Positions 23,764 to 37,020 of a DNA stretch of 64,000 nucleotides are shown piece after piece. The DNA lies in the NCBI GenBank assembly GCA_050273025.1, contig CP158635.1, forward strand, positions 31,868,001-31,932,000, given 5' to 3'. The translations under genes and the position numbers were made by a program. How positions within the stretch are numbered: position 1 is the first letter of the stretch; the number at the start of each line of letters is the position of its first letter. A model generated the notes under the pieces. It made no database searches, had not been told where the DNA came from, and was given only the letters and a program-made list of their open reading frames with translations. Origin of the DNA: Cenococcum geophilum (Eukaryota).

Positions 23764-24384
23764 GGAGGGAAGGGATAAGTTTTTGTGGGAGGTGTTGGAT
23801 GGGTATTTGATATGGTACTCTTTTGTGGTGCGGTTTGAGCGCTTTTTAGACTCGGTTGGTTGGTCATTTCCAAATTAGAACTAGAGAACATGTTAAGCTA
23901 TATCACGGTCTAGAAGTGTATTAACCAGCAAATTTTAGCTTATTCTGAATGGGAATCACCTAGAGGGCAAATAAATTCTTACATCAATCAGGCCAGCCTT
24001 GATGCCCAATGGCATTTCGAAATCTCACTTCTTCCAAGTTACTGATTACGAACTCCACTCGGTTTTGGTCTTTTCCAAGACACGTTGAGAAGCTGAGCAT
24101 GGTCACCGATAGAGCCACCGGAAAAAGATCGGCAGTGCTACACTTTTACCCACACAGAACGCGCATCGGTAGCCACAATTCACCTTTAGCGACCGCATGC
24201 ACTGAATATACAGTGCATATACTAAGCATATACACGTATATAACTATCCCTTGCAGGTCCTACTGGAGGTGGTCCGTGCGGGAACACCAGAATCAGAGCC
24301 AGACCTGCGGAGGATAGATTATCCTATCCGGTCGGGCGGATAATAATCCTATCCGAGGATAGCCCGGATATCGGATAATATTTA

Positions 24385-25178
24385 CCTCAGCAAGCTCAGA
24401 CGTGATTCCGTTGGTGCGGATTTTTAATCGGTCCGCAACCTGACTAACTACGTTTGTGCGAAACCACCGGAATCACGTCTGAGGGACATTTCCAATGTTT
24501 CTTAGCAGCTCCGACGATATCCACGATTTTCCCTATACTCGCGGTTAAATTACTCAACTACAACGGCTTAAAATACTAAGAAAAGTTCATTAATTAGAGA
24601 GATAACCCGATATTTTATAGATATTGGGTCTAAATTGGCCCATAACCCCTAGGAGCTGTACTTATTTTCGCCAAAAAAAAAAGTTATTATTAGGGATTGT
24701 AACATTATATATAACGTCGCAAAAAGTATATATATAAGAGCCAAAAATTAATCATTTATAGACCTAGCTCGTGCGATTATTTTAAGCCTATGTATAGCCC
24801 TAGACCTTACGTGGGTAGCTTTAACAATTTTATTAAAGATTGTATATAGCTCCCTATACAAATTTAGACAACGCGGCGAGACTTAGCTATAATGTCGCAG
24901 TAGGCGTATATATAAGGCCTAAAAGTTTATCAATTATAGAGTTAGTTCTATAGATTAATCCAATAATATTTATAAAATAATAGCTGTTGTGGGGCTATAG
25001 ATCAATTTCATTAAAAAAGGTGACTGCTTTTACATACAAACAACGTCGCATCGCTTAAGAAACGTTGGAAAAGTCCCTCAGACCATAGAATCAACTTTTT
25101 GACAAAAAAGGTTAGCGATATCCGCTTGCGGATATACGTAAGTCCGCTAATTAATTCTTCGGTCTGAGCTTGCTGAGG
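24385..25178. mobile_element. Non-autonomous MITE-like element (TA target, Tc1/mariner-type) nested in the hAT 5' end
   Basis: 17-bp perfect TIR CCTCAGCAAGCTCAGAC, flanked by TA on both sides (24383-24384, 25179-25180); no coding capacity seen. Confidence 0.85.
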
Positions 25179-25249
25179 TAAGGATAATATCCAGATAACA
25201 TCTAGATATCCGCAAAATTTTAACTACAAAACTAAACCTTTACCCCCTA

Positions 25250-27568
25250 TTGTACGACGCTATAAATATAGCTAGTACTAGTAAAATTCACCCTAAAAAC
25301 TTTAATAATAATAATTCCTTTAAAGTTAATATACTTTCTACCCTTTTAAGCGGCGTTAAAACTAAAGCTAATACTAGTTTAATCCTAACTACTTATATAA
25401 CACAGATCTTAAGATAAGTCTCCTTAATTTATAAACATACTTATACGGTAATAAAGGAAGAAAAGGCTTATATAAAGAAACGCTACTTTTATAAATACTA
25501 TCCTCCTTAAGACCTAAAAGGACACTATTCCTTAACTGTTAGATTATAAGGCTATCTTAAAAAATATATTATTAAATAGAATCTAGCAGAGAACTAGGAG
25601 CGTACAACAGTAAAAGATTAGGGGGAGAGATCTCTTTTAGATCTATATTAAAAGCTTTTAGTAAGAGGAGAAGTTTAATGTCTTAAGGGTAAGGTTTTAA
25701 AGTATATAGTATATTAAAATACTATAAAGCAAGCACTTCTAGATCTAATTATTGTATAACGGCTTCCCTTCTTATATATAGAATGGCTAGAGTTTTATAC
25801 TTTTATAAAAGCATTAAATTAAAAAGCACCCTTAATTATCCCTATATACTACTTAACAATTACAGCCTAGATTCTTAAATACTTTACTAAGAGTTAAGAT
25901 ATTATACAAAAAGTACTTTAATCTGCAAAAATAAAAATTTATTTTACTGTAGATATCTAGACTTCTTTAAGTTATTCCCTTTTTCTCGGAATCTATACTA
26001 GCTTTATTAATATTTAGAATAAATACCGGAACCCCTTAATTGCCCTTTATATAGTATCTAGTTAGAGTAATATAGATTAATAAAAGGCGCTTTATCCGGT
26101 TCTTATTAAGTATAATATTAAAACAAAGATTAGAGCTCTTATTGGCGATAATACCGGATTAAACAATATTCTCTATTATATAATTAGCTAATAGCTTAGC
26201 CTTAAGTATAAAATCAACTGGATTATAATACATTAAAGAATTCGCTATTAAGGGCACGTTATTAATCTTATTATTTAAGCCTTTCTATTTAGTTTAAAAA
26301 AGGATAAAAAGCTTATAAACTTATATAATAAAGAGAATAAAAAACAGAATAAAGAAGAAAAGGAGGAAGAAGAAGAAGTCGTATAATAAGTACTACCGCT
26401 AGTTAAAAAAAAGAAAAAGAAGGATAAAGAATTAGAGCTAGCATTAGATAAAAAGTGTAAAAGAGGTAAAAATATTCGAAATATTATAGGGCCGATAGGA
26501 AAGCTTTATAACTATATTATTTATATCCGTAGCTTAGCTAACTATATAATATGGTTTACCAAATATACTAGTAAAATAGTTCCTCTTAATAACTATATAA
26601 GATAGAATAGCTAGTTTTTTATACTATGTGTAGCTCTAGAGGATAAGGTAAAGGCTAGGCTTTAACTCTATATAGAGCGCTATAAGGATAACTTAAAAGA
26701 TAATATCCTCTTAATAAGCGAATAGATATATCTTTATACGATTTATAATTTCCTTTAGTCTTTCTATAAAGCAACTCTATTTCTTTAAGGAGATTATATA
26801 ACACTAGAGAGGGTTCTAAAATTAGTTAATATTTTTAAGGATATAATATAGACCGCATTAGTATATTATATAATACTCTTAATATTTCTTTAGCTAACTT
26901 TCCTACAGGTAATAGCTACTAAGGCTAAGGATAAGTTTATAACTCCTTAACTCTAACATGCTAAGGAAAAGCTTATAAAGTACATTAAGAAGCTAGATAA
27001 TTCTCCCTACTATCTAGCAGCACGAGTTCTTAACCCGGAGTATTATACGGCTTTTTTAAAAGATTGGAACAATTATATTACCATTAAAGAAGAAAAGAAG
27101 CTTTTTAGCGTATAAAAGCTCTAGGAGAGATTCCGCGAGAAAGTAATACTTTTAGGTTTAACTATATCGTACGCAACTAAGAAAACTTAAAAGTCGCCTT
27201 TAGAGTCTAAAGAAAACCTCTTTGCCTTTTATAAGGCTCGTCTTTAGCATTATTTAAAATATACTCGTCCGTAAAGTCTAGATAAGTTTAATAACTATAT
27301 TAATAAGAACCTAATTCCGCTTAATAGCCATATAACAGCTATTTAATAGTAGAACCAGCCTCTTTAGTATATAAGATTTCTATAACTCTTACAGCTTATA
27401 ATTAAAGTTCTCTTAATACCTGGAATAAGCGATAAGCTAAAGAGAGTATTTTTAGGTTCTTAACGTCGCGTTCTATGGGATCGTATAAGTACTACTCTAT
27501 AAATACTTAAGGCATTAGAATGCGCAAAGGACTAGGCAGCTTATAAGATTCTAAGTATTCTTTTATAG
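25250..27568 (+). pseudogene. hAT transposase, RIP-degraded, with a probable intron at about 26860-26908
   Basis: De-RIPed motifs IGPIGKLHN..V.IRSS, (T)RWNSW, YYLAARVLNP, and the C-terminal dimerisation motif LSIPGMSDEPERVFS about 27410-27455. The start is approximate. Confidence 0.88.
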
Positions 27569-27799
27569 TTGTACAAGGGAAAGTATATAAGGGGTATGTT
27601 GTATAACACTAAAGGGGGGTAGGGGGGTATATAAATAAAATAATTTTAGGCAAAAGGTAACCACTAAAGGCGTATAGGTAGCATAGGTAAATATATACTA
27701 ACTTTAAACTTAATAGATTATAAATTTAAATCCCACCAACGTCGTCCTTTATTAAGAATCGGGAAATATAATTGTCTAGTATACTTCTCGTCCTACCGT

Positions 27800-28270
27800 A
27801 TAATAGATTCTCCGGCACATTACTATACTATAAGTAAACTCTTCTTTCTGTATAATATACTTATATAACTAACTACTCTTAGGATAAGTAGGAGAAGGTG
27901 GAAGCTTTACCGGCGATTAATGTAGAGGCTTAGGTTAGGGGTATATTAAAGAGGCAGGTGCGGATAGGGAGGCCCTTATATATAAATGCAATTCTAATTT
28001 AGAGCTGTGGGTCTCTAAATACAACTATAAGTAACCTATATTACTCGTACGAGGCAGAGAGCTAATTAATACTAGCCTTGCGAGGCTTGTACGGCGACTT
28101 TACGTCGTCCAGTAGGCCCTTGCCCCTTTACTAAATATTAAAGTCTCTTAGGGTTCTGTGGTGGGTGCTATAGAAATTGCAAGTGGCGGGATTATGAGCT
28201 TAATATTCGTCGTACGATATAAATTCTTAGCCTATAGTGGCGGCAGCGGGAGCATTAAAGGGTAAGGATC
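27800..28270 (+). pseudogene. DUF3716-like Cys-rich cargo gene inside the hAT, two probable introns
   Basis: De-RIPed EALPA...GRPSYINAILIQSRG | PCEAC...GPCPF.EC.SLPGFCGGCCGNCKWRDH; RIPed donors (ATAAGT) and CTAAY..TAG acceptors. The family was recognised from memory. Confidence 0.7.
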
Positions 28271-28448
28271 GGATTGTGGAACTGGGGATAATAAGGAGTA
28301 GAAAAAAGTTACTGAATTTAAACTGCTAGGTCTCCTCTCTTTTTTCCTATTTTTATTTTATTTTATAGTATTTTATATAAAGAGAAATATAAATAAAAAG
28401 GTAGAAAGAAGATATCTAATTAGTAGGAAAGCTAAAGGTATTTGCTAA

Positions 28449-28725
28449 GGCTCTGCACGAAGCTCTGCACGAAGCTCTGCACGAAGCTCTACGGAGGCTC
28501 TATACGAAGCTTTATACGAAGCTCTATATATAGAGGCTCTGCACGACGGTTCTGCGTACGACGGCTCTACTGCGGAGGCTCTATATAAAAGCTTTGTGCA
28601 GAGCTTCGTGTAGAGCTTTATGCAGAGCTTCGTGTAAAGCTTTATGCAGAGCTTCGTGTAGAGCTTCGTGCAGAGCTTTATGCGGAGCCTCCGCAGAGCT
28701 TCGAGCGGAGCCTCCGCAGAGCTCT
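28449..28725. repeat. 12-bp unit array (GAAGCTCTGCAC)n followed by its reverse complement (GTGCAGAGCTTC)n
   Basis: Read directly: forward units about 28449-28590, inverted units about 28590-28725, in the hAT 3' subterminal region. Confidence 0.9.
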
Positions 28726-29590
28726 TATAAGCCTTATATCTATATAATATTACTTATCCTTAGGATATTTAGATAAAAGTGGTACCATTTTAAAGCGCTT
28801 TATAAGCTCTATAAATCTATACTAATAGAAAAATTATTTATTTAATATTGGGGGGTGCATTACAAGTGTAAGTATATTAGGGGGTTTTGCTAAGACTATC
28901 CGGATAGTCTCCGGATACTATCAGCTGATAGGTCTATTATCCGAGAGGCCTATCCGGCCTATCCTCCGCAGGTCTGATCAGAGCTACACGACTCTAAGAT
29001 TCTCACGCTGGAGATTATCGATAAGAATAGGGCACATTTTAACGTTGCAAGGGATAAGATACCTATAGTAAATAAACGCCGGCATAAAGTAAACGAGAAT
29101 ATATTACGGTAGTTAAACGGCTTATTAGCGGGAGAATATGCGTTATATATGCGTTATTATAAGCTTTGTAGTGTGGTGAATTAAATAAACGACTTGATTG
29201 TGAATGTGGCTCTAAAGCCTCTATATATACACGAAGAAGGTGGAGGTAATAAGATATAAAAGGGTAATAGGTAACTAAAATGGGAATAGTGATCTGCAAG
29301 TAATATTAATCTACAATTAATATATAGGGTGGCGTTGACGCTATCTTAGAGCCTTCTAAGCGGTAATCTTGTGTCTTAGTAGTGTTGGTAGTCGGTTATA
29401 CACCCCCCCAGATTTAATGGTGTAGTTAAAGCTATAGAATATAAAATAAAGGCAGAAGCTATACTAAAATAGGAAATTTAGATATAATTTAAGAGTAGTA
29501 AACGGATAGGGTAACTGTGACGGATATTATAAATATTATGGATATTGCGGATATTGCGAATATTGTAAATGGAATTAATTAACCTGATGT

Positions 29591-29868
29591 TGTGGTGGTG
29601 TGATTTGGCCCCTGGATTTAACATCTAGATTGGGCATAGCTTCGGGAGAGCCTAGGCCTTACACAAGTTATATAGATCGGTCTGGAGCCCTTAGAGTCAA
29701 TAACAACTCGGATAGGTATGACCAACCAGGAATATATTCTTTCCTTTCTTCTTACTGACTGCTTTCCTACTAATTAATTACGACTGACTAACCGACCGAC
29801 TGACTAACCAACAGACAGACAGACAGCATTGAGACTTTCCTATCTAAGAGTGGTTGTACCCTCCTATA
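29591..29868 (+). repeat. 5' LTR of C
   Basis: Direct repeat of 39938-40215, including an (ACCG)n(ACAG)n tract. Confidence 0.96.
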
Positions 29869-32800
29869 TATTTTATGGCATTCTACGTGGGGACGACGGC
29901 AAGCTCTTTGGATTAGAAGTCTAGCGCTATATACACAGGAGACGCATAGGAACGTGCTGCAGCTACTGAAAACTGTTGAGTCACCAATAGGTGCGGAAAT
30001 TGAGCACGGAACTACTAGCGACGTACGCGCAGGCATTACCATTACTAAGATAAGTTAATAACACTTTCGGAGATTGTTATCTAAGACCTATGGTAGACGG
30101 AATAGACGACTAGGAGTGGGAATACGAGCACGGGGTATGGCAGGACGGAGGATAAAAGAGAGGGTTATGATATATTAGGACTAGTAGAAAGAAGTCTTTA
30201 ATTTTTTATTTACTATATTTATAATAGTCTATATAATTCTTCTGGTATTTATATAAGCCTCCCTTAAATTTATAAGAGTAATGGCGATAGGACTAATAAA
30301 GGGAATACTAGGGATGCTAGGCCTATTCTATAATGACGGTGGAGAAGAAAGTAGGCAGCCTGCTGACTTACAAAGTTTTCCTAACCTAGAGGATGTGGTA
30401 CTAGACCTAACTCCTATAATGTCTAGAACCGATGACCTTTAATAAAGAGAGGATAAGAACTAGGAGGTTAACTTACTTATCCTAGAAGAAACTACTAGTC
30501 TATTACCTTATAATAAACCACTAATGGAATAAGATAAGGTATATGTTATGGCCCAGCCTATGCTAGCTTTAGGGACTCTAGGGACTCTTTACTTTATAGG
30601 ATAAAATATATCGCAATTTATTGAATAATATGAGCGACTATGTATTTAATACCGTGTTACGGATAATAAGAAGTATTAAGGACTTCCGGAATATTGTAAC
30701 TATTGGATAGGGACCTAGATCTAAAGTCTGCCTAAGTTTATTATTAGCAGATAGATAGAACTTGTAAGAAAGCTTCGGATAGACTACTAAGGAAGTAACT
30801 ACTTTTAATAAGTTAAGACGGTAGAATTCTTGGAAGCGTATATACTATAGTGTAGGAATAACCTACCTAGTAGTATACGCGAGTACTGTAGATAATTTAC
30901 ACTAATTTTTTAGAAGGTTACTAAAGCTAATAATTTGGAAAACTGTGAATAAGGATACTGGTTTGTAAAAGGACTCCTATTTAAATATTAAAAATATACT
31001 ATAACTAAGACAGGAGCTGACCTGGATAGACGAAAGTCTTTTAACTTCTACCTATTAAGAAGGGCTGTAGAAGACAGGCTTAATTTATATAAGGGCGCAG
31101 ACTGCTTATTAATAATAAACCCTAAGGAGCAAGGTCTCTAACAACTAGTTAGACAATTCCGCGAGCAGTAGCCGGCTATATTAAACTAGAGAGATGCTGC
31201 TCTTTAGCCGCCCGTAGTCTCTTAGCTAAATAAGTTGGTAAGTACCCGTTATATGACCTAAGAAATAGACCCTAAGCTAGAGAGCCTTACTAGTTAACTT
31301 TGGAAGCTTAATCTTGGGACGGTTGAATTGGCAAGCGTTATATCTTTAATGCCGTTCCTTAATAGAATTCGCCAAGACCTAATATAGTATATACAGCTCC
31401 TAAATAAGGCGTTAGCGCGTTAAGAATAAGTAGGTCCGCGACTAGTAACAAATAATAATAGACTACTGCCGTCCTATAAAGGGGCGCTATAAGAGTAATA
31501 TAAGCTAGGTCTAGGAAGGTATAAAGGACTAGGAAACCTTAGTGCATACTAGGCATAAGATAAGACGTGTTATAGATATGGAGGCCCTTATTATTTTATT
31601 AACTAATACCTAGAGCTCTAAGAACTAGTTAGCCAGGGGTTCCTATATATAAACGAGAACAACCAAATCTATACTAGAACACGTTAGTACCTAGGAAATC
31701 CACTCCCGTATTTACCGAGCAGCTATTAAATTTAGTTCCTTAAAGACTGGCTAAGGTAGAATGCGAATATTAATCCTAATGTAACGGCGACAGGCATCTA
31801 ACTAAATGCATCCTTAGTAGAGCTTATAGAAAGCAATGGCGCTAAAAGCGAAGAAAAGCTCGGTAAGTCCTGGGAAGATATATACTAAGTGGAGTTAGTG
31901 TATATTAATCCAGTAGGAGCAGCAACCTAGTCGCAGTCTATAATACGGTCATACGATCTTAGGAAGCTAAGAGGAGATATTAGGGTAACAAAACCACCTT
32001 TAAAACTAACTGGTTTGCAACTAGTAATAGTTTAAAATATATAACTAGGAGGACATATCTAAATCGCACCACGACTACAGTGGCAGGCCCCCCATTCACT
32101 AGTAGATAATAAGGAGACTAATAAAATAGACTATACTAAACAGCTAAGAAGAGAAGTAGAGCAAGGAACGGAAGCGACTGCGACTGCTAAAGCACCGCGA
32201 CTAAAGCCGGTTAGGATAATAGACATATTAAAAGAGAACGTCCTAAGCCTAACTATAATGGCGGATAAGATCTTATTAAAAACTATTAAAGTTACTGTCG
32301 GTGACTGCCTTATGTATATGCCTGAAGTTGTAAGGTTATTCTTTAAGCCGCTTTCGCTATCTCTTATAGAACCTTACCAATAAAAGCAAGAGGGTGTTAA
32401 GGCATTTACGTCATTAGCATACCTGACGTTTTATACTAATCAAGCTGGCCTAATAACTATAGAGGTAGACCAGATTAAACGGGAAGCAGGATTTACCTAG
32501 TTTCGACGACGATGTTTAAAGGTGGAAGCATAGATAGGAGACAAAAGGGTTAAGTGCTTAATTAACTCTAGAGCGGAGCTTAACCTTATTAAGGAAAGTG
32601 TGGCTCTACAATACGGCTTGCTAATATTAAGTCTGCCCCCGTAGTTATAGGGTATACGTTTAATGTCTATAAATGGGACTTAGTCTAAGTTTATTAGATT
32701 AGTGTATATAGCCACTATAGTTATAGGGGACGTCTTAATATCCACGACTTTCATTGCTATCGGAGAAATATTACATAAGGTAATACTTAGTAAGCCGTAG

Positions 32801-35800
32801 TTAGTAAGGGCTAGGCTAGTAACACAGCAAACCGCAATAGGCTAGGTATCTTGCATTATTTAATTAAAAGATAGCGGAGTTAAAATAAGGTTCTTAACAT
32901 CCTACAAGGACATAATATTCCTTAGACTAGATAAAGGAATTAGTATAGGTAGTAGTTCGGGAAATATGTAACTGGTATAACCGCTAGGATCATATCCGGG
33001 GTTACTTATAACCCGGCATATTAGGATAAGGAGGACGCCGAGGACGGAGAGGAGGGAAATGAGGTGTAACTTTAATAAGGACGTTTGCCATTCTAGATAT
33101 CCGCTAAATAGGGCAATTAACGGAAAGAAGAGCATAACGCTAGATAAAGAAAGCTCGACAGCAAAACGTTAAAGGAAGTCCTAAAGAAGTACTTAGGAGA
33201 AAGGTAGAAGCTAGTATTTAAAGCAAAGGCTAGATCCCTTATATATTAAATATTAAAGATAACGGATCTATTTACGATGTAAATAGAAGGCTATAGGAGT
33301 AAGGCCTAATAGAATGCTATAAGTATAGTAACTGCGTATAAATAAAAGGCAGAGAAGGTCCGCCTAGTTAATTCGTTAGTACCAGACAGAACGGTTATAG
33401 GAGGAATAATAGAGTAGTAAGAAGTGGCCTTGCGTCGGCAAAAGGCGTCCATTTAAGAGTTACCCCTTAGTCCATATAATTATTTCCTTAAGCCGCGGTA
33501 TACTAAGCTGGCCTATAGTACACGGCTAAAGCTAGAATAATTAGAGCGCGTAATTATAGGGGACCTCCAGCTAAGAGAACGAGAAATCTTTAAGGCCATA
33601 TTATTTAACTAAGAAGAGGCTCTAGTATGGGAGTTTTCTAAGATAGGTTGTGTTAGTAGAGACGTAACTCCACCATTAAAGATTAAGACTGTACTATATA
33701 AAGCATAGCAAGTGCCAAACTTCCCTATACTAAGAGCCCTATAAGGGGAAGTAATAAATATATTATAAGAATAACTAGCTTAAGGGACTCTGGAATATTG
33801 CGAAAGCCTATATAGGAATTTATGGTTTCTTATAAGCAAAAAGGAACATAAGAAGTACTGGCTAATTAACGCGGTAATAAATATCAACCAAGTGACTATT
33901 AGGGACGCAAATCTGCCGCCATATGCTGATGAGTTTTCTAAGGAGTTTGCAGGGTGTAAAGTTATGTCTCTAGTAGACTTCTTCTCTAAATATGACTAAT
34001 TGGAGCTAGATATAGAAAGTAGGAACCTAATGGCCTTTATAATACCTCTAGGACTTCTATAACAAATGACGGTACCTATAAAAGGAATAAATTCAGTAGC
34101 CTAGTTTGTGAGGATAATTACTAAGATTTTAGAGTAATATATCCTACACTATGCCCTGCCGTTTCTAGATAATATTATAGTAAAAGGACCATAGATAATG
34201 TATGATGGAGAAGAGAGCCTTTTAGGCGTGCGCAGATATATTCTGGAATATATTATATGGCTAGACGGAGTACTTATAGATTTGGAATGAGCTGGGTATA
34301 TAATCTTAGGCGCAAAGTCTCATTTCTACAAGGACGAGATTATAGTGGTTGGTTACCGCTATAATAGAAAGGGGCAATATCTGGAAGAGTTAAAAGTCGC
34401 AAAGATTATTTACTAGAGAGACTGTAAAGACGTTATATCTGCCCAAGCCTTTATAGGAGTTGTTGTGTATTACTGAATATAGGTAGAAGACTTCGTAATA
34501 AAGGCAGAGCTAATCTTCCGACTACTACGAGTAAATATTCCGTTTGTATAGGGTATAGAGCAGATAACTGCTATAAAGACTCTAAAGTATGCAATCACTA
34601 CTATACCCGCGTTGGTTTAACTAGATTATAGTAAGGGGGCTAGGCTAATTATTCTCACCGTTAACGGATGTAAGAATGGGTAGGGATGCGGTCTTATATA
34701 ACTGGACGTGCAAGGTTGTTACCACCTATATTAATATAAGAGCGGCATTTAGTCTTAAGCGGAGCAGAAGTACAATTCAGGAAAGCTTAAATGTCGGGCA
34801 TTACTGCATATATTAAAGAAGTATTAAGTGTACCTATACGGCGTCCGCTTTATAGTTAAGACGGATATAAATACCTTAGTTATATAACTAAATTGTGCTG
34901 CTACTAATTTACTAGGAGCCTTAATGACATAATAGCTAGTATAGATTCAGTTATAGGACTTTAATATTAGGCATGTTCTAGGGAAGAAGAATAGCCTAGC
35001 TAATAGACTATTATAACAACTACTAGATGGCAAACGACCTAATAAGCTGACTAAAGATATTAAAGAGTTCATTAACTGCGAACTAAGTGCTTTAGAATAT
35101 ACGGCTAGCCTAGTTAAAATAGAGGTGGATCTGCTACTGGAAGACTTATATTCTAGAAAGTCTTAGAAGATTATAAAATAGCTAGTGACCTTATAACGTC
35201 CAAAAGAAATAAATACTAAAGAATTTAAAAAGTTTAAATAATATACGCTGAAATTCCTAGTGCGCAATTAATAGCTCTTCCGCCGATAATTAAAAAATAT
35301 ACTAATGCAAAGGGTAGTTAATAACAAGGACGCTTAGCAAGAGATTATTAAAAGCCTTTATAATTAAAGCGGACATCGCGAATAAAAAGGAACGTATTAG
35401 AGAATCTTAAATTGATATTGGTAGCTAGGGCTATAGGATTAGATATTATAGTATATTAAATCGTGTCTATAATGCTAGAAGCAACAGCTAGAATAGGAAG
35501 AAGAAGCGATATACCCTATATAGGAGTCCACCTTGTAATAATAAGTAGTAGTAGATATTACGTTTATACCTCTAAGCCGTCTTAGATTCTAGTACCTAGT
35601 TATTACTTAAGAATATATATCTAGATAGGTGGAAGCTTGGGCCCTTTAAAATAAGGATGCGAAAAGTATAGCGAAGTTCCTTTACGAAGATGTTATCTGC
35701 CAATGGGGAGCATTTGGATAGCTCTCTGTAGATAGTAGAGGAGAGAATGCTAATATTACCGCTGCGCTCGTAGAACTCTATAATATTAAGAGGGTTATGG

Positions 35801-37020
35801 CTTTCGCTTACTATACTTAGGCGTAAGGCTTTATAAAGCGAGGCCATAAACCTATAATAGACGCTTTAGCAAAAATGGATGGCTTATAGCTGGACAATCT
35901 TTATACCGTTTTATAGGCAGATAGGATAACTATTAAGCGGCCTATGGGAATAATACTGGTAAGAGTTATATGCGGATATAAGTATGTCCTTCCTATTGAA
36001 CTCTGTATACCTACTTGGTAGACGCTACCTTAGTAAACAATCCGGACTACTGTAGAGCTACTAGTACTTTATATAAAGTAGTTTAACTAAAGAGATATAG
36101 ATATAAAAGAGGCTATTACGCGTATAAGACGACTAAGGGTAGTAAATAAGGAGTACTTTAATAACACCTACTGCATTCGCTAGGATGGATTTAAGGTTGG
36201 AGATATAGTTATACTTTATAACACGCAGCTTAAGTAAGACTATTCTAGTAGTTGTAAGTTAGATCTAAAATGGCTGGGCCTATTCCGTATATGTGAGAGT
36301 TACCCTTATAAAGGATAGTACTTGATTAAGGATCTTAATAGTACACTATTCTATAATTAAACTTCTAGAAATAGATTAAAGAGGTTCTATTAATAATAGA
36401 TATTTAAAGTCCACTAGGAAGACTGGCTCGACCAGTTAGGCGGAACTATGCTATAAGAAATAACAGCAGAGCTAGAGCCTAAGAAAGATATATAAAATCC
36501 ACTAGTATCGCAACGCCGCGTAGTTTAAGAAGTGTATGTTTTAGAAAGATCGTTTAATAGAACTAAGTATAAAACATTTAACTAGGGGACAGTTAAGTTC
36601 TACGGCGGGGGAGGGGATATAGATAACAGCCGTGTAATTCTTTTATTTGCCGTATTTTCTAAAGCTCTTTCTATTACGCGTTCTTATTTGCTTTTTTAGT
36701 TAGGAATCTAATACGTATTAATAGTAAGGTAAGGGTAGAAGAATGTTTGTAAATAACTATATAGTATTATTTACTATAAAGATGTTAGTTCCGCTTACCG
36801 CCTTTACTAAGCTAATAGTAATTTTTTATGCCGGGTATAGAAAATCATAATTGGTCTATTTAACGATTAGAGCTGGTAGAACTCTATACCACTACCTAGA
36901 TTCGGTAGACCATTTAGATTAGGAAACCCTATTTAGAACTTTACCTTTTTGCCCTTAATAAACCTTAGAGATAGTTATAATTAGCTAAAGTAGAAACCAA
37001 GCAGAATTAAGAATAATGGT

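Larger units (their letters stand above)
24300..28976 (+). mobile_element. Complete hAT-superfamily DNA transposon (RIP-inactivated)
   Basis: Perfect 18-bp TIR CAGACCTGCGGAGGATAG at 24300-24317 and 28959-28976; 8-bp TSD ATCAGAGC at 24292-24299 and 28977-28984; clustered GGATA/TATCC subterminal motifs. Confidence 0.97.

Noticed and set aside
23186..24317. ORFs 23186..23398, 23478..23891 and 24009..24317
   Set aside because: The first two are antisense to the 246-aa gene; the third runs into the hAT TIR and has no coding signature.
28449..28776. Repeat array as a CRISPR, or ORF 28594..28776 (CRAS repeats) as a Cys-rich peptide
   Set aside because: There are no unique spacers and the context is eukaryotic; the peptide is just the translation of the 12-bp unit.
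29518..29570. GGATATTGC-type 9-bp tandem repeat
   Set aside because: A short repeat in the Copia 3' untranslated region with no further structure.
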